Below are positions 15,562 through 22,411 of a stretch of 44,020 bases of DNA, piece by piece. Made by a program: the position numbers and the translations under genes. The stretch is from Patescibacteria group bacterium (lineage in GTDB: Bacteria > Patescibacteriota > Microgenomatia > Levybacterales > UBA12049). The notes beneath the pieces were generated by a model. It saw nothing but the letters and a program-made list of their open reading frames with translations. It did no database searches and had not been told where the DNA came from. How positions within the stretch are numbered: the first letter of the stretch is position 1; each line of letters opens with the position of its first letter. Location of the stretch: assembly GCA_036381535.1 (NCBI GenBank), contig DASVCQ010000047.1:1-44020 (forward strand), in the 5' to 3' direction.

Positions 15562-17709
15562 ATGGCCAAAAAACATGGCGGGGGTCGCCGTAAAAAAGTA
15601 AAGCTTAGAAAAGAGACGATTTATACTCTTTTTGCTTTGGGATTTGTTGTAGTTGGAATACTTATGCTTTTGTCTTTTTCAAGGCAAGGAGATGTACTTA
15701 TTGCAGTTCAGGAATTACTCCAACAGAATTTCTCGACAATGCAGTATCTTTTCCCTTTTGTCTTTATACTTATTGGCTTCTTATTCTTCAAATTTAAATT
15801 TTTCCTTTCCAAACCTCACGTTGCAATTGGATATATTTTGGCTTTTTTCTCTATGGTAGGAGTACTCAGAACTGGTGCAGTAGGCAGACATATGTTTCAG
15901 ATATTGTCAGATATTTTGGGTAATGTTGGGGCAGATGCCGTGTATATTGCAGGAGTTTTTGTAGGACTTGTGGTATTTTTTGATACATCACTGGACGAAT
16001 TGATGCAAGGATTTTTTGCGGTCTTGAATGCTGTTCCTAAATTTATTCCTTCAGCTTTTTTATCTGTCTTTAAGAGTAAAAGACCAATTAAAGGTAAGGA
16101 AATGACGATAAAGCAGCTTAGTATTTCAGATGCTCCAGAGCCTAAAATAAACGATAAAAATAAAACAATTTTCCCATCTTCTAAGATGGAAGAAAAAGAT
16201 GTATTGGTTAAGAAAAAAGATAAGTCAGAGCTTATTTCCGAGAAATTAGTTACAAACGTCTTGGAAGCAGGTATGTGGGAAAATCCTCCAATATCTATTT
16301 TGTCTGATAGCCAAGGGACAAAAGCAGAAAGAGGAGATGTAAAAAGAACAGCACAAATTATTGAAAAGACTCTTGAATCTTTTGGTATTGCAGCACGTGT
16401 TGCGGAGGTTAATTTGGGCCCTGCTGTTACGCAGTATGCACTTGAAATTGCACTCGGTACAAAGGTAAGTAAAATTACCTCACTTGCCAATGATTTGGCT
16501 TTGGCAACAGAGGCTCCAAGCGGCCAAATTCGTATAGAGGCGCCAATTCCGGGCAGAAGTCTTGTTGGAATAGAAATACCAAATAGGTCTTTGGAAGTTG
16601 TGCCACTTCGTACTATGCTTACCTCTCAAGTTATTCAGAAGGCCAAATCAAAGCTTTCTGTTGCAATGGGTCTTGATGTCTCTGGTAATCCTGTGGTCGC
16701 AGACATTGCCAAAATGCCTCACGTACTTATTGCAGGTACCACAGGATCCGGAAAATCGTATCTTATGAATGCATTTATATGTACTCTTCTATTTAGAGCC
16801 TCTCCTCAGGAAGTAAAAATGATATTGGTTGATCCAAAGCGAGTTGAATTTACCCAATATAACGGCATTCCTCATCTTTTGACTCCTGTTATTGTTGAGC
16901 CTGAAAAAATCCTTTCTGCTCTAAAGTGGGCAATGGGAGAAATGGATAGACGTTACAAATTATTCGCCGAGCGTGGAGTGAGAAATATTGACTCATATAA
17001 CGAGCTTTCAGGATTTCAGGCACTGCCTTATGTGGTGATTATTGTTGACGAGTTGGCAGACCTTATGATGCTTGCTCCTGTTGAGGTAGAGGATGCAATA
17101 GCAAGACTTGCCCAAATGGCACGTGCAACAGGTATACATTTGGTAATTGCAACCCAGAGACCGTCAGTAAATGTTATAACTGGTCTTATTAAGGCAAATA
17201 TTCCAACAAGAATTGCATTGAATGTGTCCTCCCAAATTGATTCAAGAGTTATTTTAGACGGTCCTGGTGCTGAGAAATTATTGGGTCGGGGAGATATGCT
17301 TTATGTTCCGCCGGATGCAGCAAAGCCTACACGTATTCAGGGAGCATATGTCTCGGAAAAAGAAGTGCAGCGCTTAGTAAATTATCTTAAGGAGAAAGTG
17401 CCCGAGGTAAATTACACAGAGGAAGTAACAACACAGCAGATTAGCGTTAAAGGTAAAGGTTTGGCATCATCAGGTGCAGGAGAAGGCCTTGATAACCTTT
17501 TTGACGATGCGGTTAGAGTTGTTTGCCAATATGACAAAGCATCTGCATCTCTTCTTCAGAGAAAATTATCTGTTGGTTATTCAAGAGCAGCTAAAATCCT
17601 TGATCAATTAGAGGAAAACGGAATAATAGGACCAGCAGAAGGAAGCAAGCCAAGAGATGTCCTTAGTAAAAATGCAGATGAAGTCTTAGCTCAAGTGCAT
17701 GGAGAGTAA
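15562..17709 (+). CDS. ftsK: DNA translocase FtsK/SpoIIIE
   Basis: N-terminal TM helices, motor domain (AGTTGSGKSYLMNA; VVIIVDELADLM) and gamma winged helix (LLQRKLSVGYSRAAKILDQLEENGIIG). Start moved to MAKKHGG at 15562, 7 nt after a TTGCAT-16-TATAAT promoter. Confidence 0.9.
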   Translation: MAKKHGGGRRKKVKLRKETIYTLFALGFVVVGILMLLSFSRQGDVLIAVQELLQQNFSTMQYLFPFVFILIGFLFFKFKFFLSKPHVAIGYILAFFSMVGVLRTGAVGRHMFQILSDILGNVGADAVYIAGVFVGLVVFFDTSLDELMQGFFAVLNAVPKFIPSAFLSVFKSKRPIKGKEMTIKQLSISDAPEPKINDKNKTIFPSSKMEEKDVLVKKKDKSELISEKLVTNVLEAGMWENPPISILSDSQGTKAERGDVKRTAQIIEKTLESFGIAARVAEVNLGPAVTQYALEIALGTKVSKITSLANDLALATEAPSGQIRIEAPIPGRSLVGIEIPNRSLEVVPLRTMLTSQVIQKAKSKLSVAMGLDVSGNPVVADIAKMPHVLIAGTTGSGKSYLMNAFICTLLFRASPQEVKMILVDPKRVEFTQYNGIPHLLTPVIVEPEKILSALKWAMGEMDRRYKLFAERGVRNIDSYNELSGFQALPYVVIIVDELADLMMLAPVEVEDAIARLAQMARATGIHLVIATQRPSVNVITGLIKANIPTRIALNVSSQIDSRVILDGPGAEKLLGRGDMLYVPPDAAKPTRIQGAYVSEKEVQRLVNYLKEKVPEVNYTEEVTTQQISVKGKGLASSGAGEGLDNLFDDAVRVVCQYDKASASLLQRKLSVGYSRAAKILDQLEENGIIGPAEGSKPRDVLSKNADEVLAQVHGE

Positions 17710-17715
17710 AATGGG

Positions 17716-17805
17716 AGCCAAAGGTTCCAAAGGAGCCGGAGGAGTCAAAGGTAGTTCCTCTTTTTCCCCATTTGGTACTTTTGTCTCATTTGGCTCTTTT
17801 GGAAC
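17716..17805. repeat. Inverted pair of 4 x 9-mer arrays (NNCCAAAGG x4 / CNTTTGGNN x4) forming a 30-bp hairpin
   Basis: Units at 17716-17751 and 17768-17803. The stem 17724-17753 with 17776-17805 has 24 Watson-Crick pairs, 4 G-U pairs and 2 mismatches. Confidence 0.85.
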
Positions 17806-17815
17806 TTTATATATT

Positions 17816-18457
17816 ATGATAAAAATTGGAGACAGACTAAAAGAAGAAAGAAAAAAACAAGGTTTGGCAATTGATGAAGTTGCCCGCTCAACAAAGATCC
17901 GGCCGCAATTTATTTCTGCAATAGAAACTGGTGATTATAGACGCCTTCCGGGAAGTAGTTATACTCAGGGATTTGTAAAAAATTATATTGAATTTTTGGG
18001 TCTTCCAATGAAAGAGTCTATGGCGATGTTTCGGCGGGAATACAATGAAATTGAATATACAAAAGTAATGCCTGACAGTTTTGTCGGACGGGAAGATATC
18101 CCCTTAAAAACATTCAGACTAAATCGTGCAATAGGACTTGTTTTGGTAATTGTAATTGGTATACTCTTCTATCTTTTTTACCAGTACCGCTCAGCATTTT
18201 TTGCGCCTTCTCTTTCAGTTGATTCACCTCCAGAAAGAGCAAAAATTAGCAGTCAGACGGTTGCGGTATCCGGCATAACAGATACAAATACAACGGTTAC
18301 GGTAAATGATTTGCCAACACTTGTTGATAGTACAGGACATTTTATTAAAGAAATTCCTGTTTTTCCCGGAACAACAACAATAACTATAAAATCGGAAAAT
18401 AGTTTTGGAAAAATTTCTACAGTTGAGCGGCATGTAATTGTTGCTGTAGGACAATAG
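17816..18457 (+). CDS. RodZ-like helix-turn-helix membrane protein
   Basis: MIKIGDRLKEERKKQGLAIDEVARSTKIRPQFISAIETGDYRRLPGSSYTQGFVKNY is the RodZ-type HTH, followed by one TM helix and an external beta-rich domain. The track start at 17699 runs through a palindromic repeat and is rejected. Confidence 0.65.
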   Translation: MIKIGDRLKEERKKQGLAIDEVARSTKIRPQFISAIETGDYRRLPGSSYTQGFVKNYIEFLGLPMKESMAMFRREYNEIEYTKVMPDSFVGREDIPLKTFRLNRAIGLVLVIVIGILFYLFYQYRSAFFAPSLSVDSPPERAKISSQTVAVSGITDTNTTVTVNDLPTLVDSTGHFIKEIPVFPGTTTITIKSENSFGKISTVERHVIVAVGQ

Positions 18458-18514
18458 AATTAATTTAACTTACTTGTGTTGGCCTAAAAATAAGGGTTTT
18501 TTAAAAAATTTTAC

Positions 18515-18543
18515 TTGACTAATAGTCCTTGCTGATGTAAGCT
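18515..18543 (+). promoter_or_regulatory. Promoter TTGACT-17-TAAGCT, 10 nt before the ATG at 18554
   Basis: Hexamers at 18515-18520 and 18538-18543. Confidence 0.45.
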
Positions 18544-18553
18544 AGAATTAGAT

Positions 18554-18850
18554 ATGGATACTGCCCAAATTCTTTTAATTACTGTTGTTAGCGTACTAAC
18601 TCTTCTTTTAGTGCTACTTGGTGTGCAGGTATTTTTTATTCTTCGTGAAGTCAAGAATACTCTTTCTAAGGCAAATAAAGTACTTGATGATGCAAATGTT
18701 ATAAGCAGTAGTATCTCACGTCCTGTTGAATCATTTTCTACTGTTTTGTCCAGTGTAAAATTGGGATCTGTTATTGCTTCTTTTCTCGCGAAAGTGGTTG
18801 AAAAAACACATGATAAAAATAAGGAGGAGAGGCATGGACAGAGAGAATAA
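18554..18850 (+). CDS. DUF948-like small membrane-anchored protein
   Basis: N-terminal TM helix followed by a helical region. Paired with a YtxH-like gene, as in Firmicutes. Confidence 0.45.
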   Translation: MDTAQILLITVVSVLTLLLVLLGVQVFFILREVKNTLSKANKVLDDANVISSSISRPVESFSTVLSSVKLGSVIASFLAKVVEKTHDKNKEERHGQRE

Positions 18851-19247
18851 ACATTCAGGTGCAGGATTTTTTAATGGCTTTATACTAGGACTTCTTGTTG
18901 GCGCAGGCTTGGTATTTTTATTTGGTACAAATAAAGGCAGACGAGTCCTCCAAATGCTTCTTGAACAGGTAGAAGAAAATACACAACTCTCAGATCTTTT
19001 GGAAGTACCTGAGGAGGAAGAATTCATGGATGCAATTGAAGAAGATGATCCTGCTCTAGATGAAGATTATGAAGATGAAGAAGAAATGAAGTTGGAAGAA
19101 GAGGAGCCTGAGAAAAAAGACATCCGTCACGAATTCCAAAATGGTCATAGTCATGAGCATCGTGAACATCATGAAGTTGTCTCAAAAAAGCCTGTTGCTA
19201 AAGTAAAAAGATTTTTCCGCGGTCCTTCAAAAAAAATGGTAAGTTAG
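18834..19247 (+). CDS. YtxH-like membrane protein with an acidic, His-rich tail
   Basis: GAGFFNGFILGLLVGAGLVFLFGTNKGRRVLQ is YtxH-like. The ATG at 18834 is preceded by AAGGAGGAGA, the only strong Shine-Dalgarno sequence I saw. It overlaps the previous gene by 17 nt. Confidence 0.6.
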   Translation: MDRENKHSGAGFFNGFILGLLVGAGLVFLFGTNKGRRVLQMLLEQVEENTQLSDLLEVPEEEEFMDAIEEDDPALDEDYEDEEEMKLEEEEPEKKDIRHEFQNGHSHEHREHHEVVSKKPVAKVKRFFRGPSKKMVS

Positions 19248-19282
19248 AGTAGTATCTGGTATTTTGTATTTAGTATTAAGTA
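19245..19282. repeat. Tandem heptamers NNNNGTA (TAGAGTA ... TCTGGTA TTTTGTA TTTAGTA TTAAGTA)
   Basis: GTA recurs at 19252, 19259, 19266, 19273 and 19280. Confidence 0.7.
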
Positions 19283-19385
19283 TACTTTTGGTTCTTCTTT
19301 GAGCAAATTAACCAGTTGAGATTTTGATCTCTGTGAATTTCTATAAGGATTAGTTTTGGAACGAAAACCCAAGATGTTGTGTTTT

Positions 19386-20357
19386 TTATTCTCCAAATTT
19401 TCTTATATTTGCATTTTGTTCGTCTAGCGTCCGTGCGTAATGGGTAATTCCTTTTCCATCTGTAAAATAATATAAATAGTTAGTATCTGCTGGGTGGAAA
19501 ACAGCAGTTAAGGCATCAAGTCCAGGATTGGAAATTGGAGTTGGTGGAAGACCGGGATTTAGATAACTATTGTATGGAGAATTAAGTTTTAGATTTGATG
19601 CAGAGGGAGTTGGCCACCACTTTATTGTGCTTCCTAATGCATATTGAATAGTAGCATCAGCCTGAAGTGCCATTCCAATATTTAGCCTATTTTCGAGGAC
19701 TGATGCTATCATTTTCATCTCCTCAGGTGATTTTCCTTCCCTCTCAACAATTGATGCAAGAATTACCGCGTCTTCTTTACTAAGGTGAGAAGTAGGATTT
19801 TGGGATGCTTCTTCGTACTTTATATCAAAATTATTCCTCATAATACTTATTATTTGCTCAATTGTCCCGTCATGAGGGATAAGATAAGTATCCGGAAATA
19901 AATAACCTTCATTTTCAGAAAGTTTTGGAGTCCAAGAGACGTCAAATGTAGATATTTTATTTTGCAGTATTTCTCCTATTTCTGTTGCTCTTTTGCCTTC
20001 AGGAATTGTTACCCATACGTCAAGACTCCCCTTAGTCATAGTCTTTGCAATCTCATCAGGGTTCATAGAAGGAGAAAGCTTGTAGTCACCTGCTTGAATT
20101 TTTCCGTCAAGACCCATTAACCTAACTCGAATAAAAAATATAAATTGGTCATTAATTAATCCTTGATTTTGCAGATTGCTGGCAATTGCGCGAAGGCCCT
20201 GTCCTTTTTCAACAACAAATATTTTCTCATCAGTTGATTTTGGGTTGACTGCACCTGTCCCGCGAATCCACAAAAAAGAAGCAGTTAAAATAACAAACAA
20301 ACTAACAATTAATATAATCAAACGTTTATTCATAAAAATTTTTAAAAGATAAGACAA
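19386..20357 (-). CDS. mltG: Endolytic murein transglycosylase MltG (YceG-like)
   Basis: N-terminal TM anchor, EGYLFPDTY, ASIVEREG and NSPYNSYLNPGLPPTPISNPG motifs. Confidence 0.85.
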   Translation of the reverse strand: MSYLLKIFMNKRLIILIVSLFVILTASFLWIRGTGAVNPKSTDEKIFVVEKGQGLRAIASNLQNQGLINDQFIFFIRVRLMGLDGKIQAGDYKLSPSMNPDEIAKTMTKGSLDVWVTIPEGKRATEIGEILQNKISTFDVSWTPKLSENEGYLFPDTYLIPHDGTIEQIISIMRNNFDIKYEEASQNPTSHLSKEDAVILASIVEREGKSPEEMKMIASVLENRLNIGMALQADATIQYALGSTIKWWPTPSASNLKLNSPYNSYLNPGLPPTPISNPGLDALTAVFHPADTNYLYYFTDGKGITHYARTLDEQNANIRKFGE

Positions 20358-20363
20358 GTTATT

Positions 20364-21644
20364 TTAGACTTTCATTATAGGAAAATTCTTTAAAGAATCT
20401 TTTGCTTCTTCCATTGTTGCTTTTTCCTCACTGAAAAGAGTGAAGAGTATATCACCCTTTTCAAAATGTTCTCCAATTTTTTTGTCCAAATATACTCCGG
20501 ATCCTTTTTGGGTTGGAGCGCCCAAAATCTTTGCAATTACTGTCAAATTATGGCTGTCAATTTCATGCACTTTGTCAGAATGTGTGGCTTTTATCTCAAA
20601 AATATGTTTGCCTAACTTTGAGGTAAGATCTTTTGTGGTTACTTTCGGATTACCTTTTTGTGCCTCAATTATTTCAAGCATTTTAGCGTGTGCCTTGCCT
20701 GAAGTAAGCATATATTTTGCCCAATTTCTACCTGATTTGTATGTCTCTTTTATTTCTTTTTTAAGAGAATCAGGGCTGTCGTCAAGGCAAAGCTCCAGTA
20801 ATTCTCCCGCTAAATCAAGCGCTCTGTCTTCTAAATCTACAGGTCTATTTTCTGTTTGTTCTAGTACCCTTAAAGCGTCCCTACACTCAAGAATCGGTCC
20901 TACGCCTCGTCCTGCAGGCTGATCTGTCTGCTTAATTAGGACATTCATCTTGATATCAAATTTTCCTGCAATATACAAAAATTTGTCTCTCAAAACTTCC
21001 GCATCTGCATGGTGATGGACTTTGACTGATTTGCCGTAAGGAAGGTCTATAACAACATGACTTGAGCCAAAGGCGACTTTCTTGGCCATAATAGAAACTA
21101 TAATTTTGTCAAAACTTTCAAATAGTAATGGCGCTTCAACATGAATGAGTACATCATCGGCAGGCGCAATATGAAAAGATCCACCCCAGACGATGCAGCC
21201 ATTTGTCTTCCTAACCACTTCATAAATTTCTTTTTCTGAAAGCTCAACATTTGCTAATACTTCCATGTCATCTGCAGTACCATCAGGAGTTGTAATCGCA
21301 CGAGACGAAGATTTTGGAATTGCAAATCCTGCTGCTGCAATAATTGGGATAATTATCATGGTTGTCCTAGTCCCTGGTACTCCACCTATTGAATGTTTGT
21401 CGGCAACAATATTTTTATGCCAGTGCAACTTTTCTCCTGTCTCAACCATTGCCTTTGTCAAATAAAACAATTCTTCGTCACTAAACCCTTTTGCATAACC
21501 ACTCGCTGCAAAATAAGTTGTCAGGACTTTACCCAATTTGTTGTGGGCAATCTCATCCATAATTGCGTAAATTTCGCGGTAATTAAGCTTTTTTCCAACT
21601 AATTTTTTCTTAATTGCTTCTATTGCTTGTGTTTTTTCATCCAT
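20364..21644 (-). CDS. AMP phosphorylase / thymidine phosphorylase family protein (archaeal DeoA-like type)
   Basis: DKHSIGGVPGTRTT and SSRAITTPDGTAD blocks. Has the glycosyltransferase family 3 helical N-domain and the C-terminal PYNP domain. Confidence 0.75.
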   Translation of the reverse strand: MDEKTQAIEAIKKKLVGKKLNYREIYAIMDEIAHNKLGKVLTTYFAASGYAKGFSDEELFYLTKAMVETGEKLHWHKNIVADKHSIGGVPGTRTTMIIIPIIAAAGFAIPKSSSRAITTPDGTADDMEVLANVELSEKEIYEVVRKTNGCIVWGGSFHIAPADDVLIHVEAPLLFESFDKIIVSIMAKKVAFGSSHVVIDLPYGKSVKVHHHADAEVLRDKFLYIAGKFDIKMNVLIKQTDQPAGRGVGPILECRDALRVLEQTENRPVDLEDRALDLAGELLELCLDDSPDSLKKEIKETYKSGRNWAKYMLTSGKAHAKMLEIIEAQKGNPKVTTKDLTSKLGKHIFEIKATHSDKVHEIDSHNLTVIAKILGAPTQKGSGVYLDKKIGEHFEKGDILFTLFSEEKATMEEAKDSLKNFPIMKV

Positions 21645-21646
21645 AA

Positions 21647-21667
21647 TTTAGTATTTAGTTATAAATA
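21647..21667. repeat. Short heptamer tract TTTAGTA TTTAGTT ATAAATA
   Basis: Same unit as at 19269-19282 and 37392-37426. Confidence 0.45.
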
Positions 21668-21679
21668 TTCAAACCTACT

Positions 21680-22411
21680 CTATTGTAGCTTCTGAAGACG
21701 TGATTTGACAATAAGCCTTTTCCATATTGTGCCAGGCGGAGTACAGGTGATTAATGTTAGGTAACTGTCATCAAATGTTTGAGACAAAACAGATGTATCA
21801 TCCGGCTCAACAACCGTAATTGAAAATATTTTATAAGTATATGTAATTCCATTTACATTGGCTAAAATTATATCTCCTGGCAAGAGAGTATGGGCATTGG
21901 CAAGAATTGTTTTATAATCTTTTGGATTAAAAAGCTGTGGAAGCGTTGAATGTCCAAAAATAACGGTATTACCTTTATCCGGCGGGACTGATGTGCCTGC
22001 TAAATTTACTAAGTGTTTGGAGAGATCTGTATCTGTTGTTGAAACACTGGCATTTGTTATGTTAAGTTTGGGTATTGATAAAAAATAAGAAGCCTCACGA
22101 GGTGGTGCGTGTTTAAAGTCATAATGAGGATACCAATTGGACGCATCCGTAAAATCCACACCCGACAAGCTCTGAAATCCTGTTGAGAAAAGACTTGTTA
22201 TGGTACTTGCTGTAACTTGACTATGATTTGGAATAGGGGCTGTTATATCCTGGTCAGCAAAAGCCGGAGCTAGAGTAATTTGCCAAATAATCAGTGGGCT
22301 AAAAACATAAAAAACAATACTTAAGCCTACCAAAAAGGTTACTAAGCCAAAGAATCTAATAATCTTTTTTGCATTCCAAAAGGAAGGCTTTTTGTAAACA
22401 TATTTATTCAT
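21680..22411 (-). CDS. Sortase family transpeptidase
   Basis: N-terminal TM anchor, catalytic His (VIFGHSTL), TLITCTP cysteine motif and downstream Arg. The ATG at 22411 overlaps the upstream gene's stop (ATGAATAA). Confidence 0.8.
   Translation of the reverse strand: MNKYVYKKPSFWNAKKIIRFFGLVTFLVGLSIVFYVFSPLIIWQITLAPAFADQDITAPIPNHSQVTASTITSLFSTGFQSLSGVDFTDASNWYPHYDFKHAPPREASYFLSIPKLNITNASVSTTDTDLSKHLVNLAGTSVPPDKGNTVIFGHSTLPQLFNPKDYKTILANAHTLLPGDIILANVNGITYTYKIFSITVVEPDDTSVLSQTFDDSYLTLITCTPPGTIWKRLIVKSRLQKLQ

Noticed and set aside
17716-17803. CRISPR-like array, considering the 9-mer and 7-mer tandem arrays.
   Set aside because: The units are only 7-9 nt long and directly adjacent with no spacers, and no cas genes are present. 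They are not CRISPR arrays.
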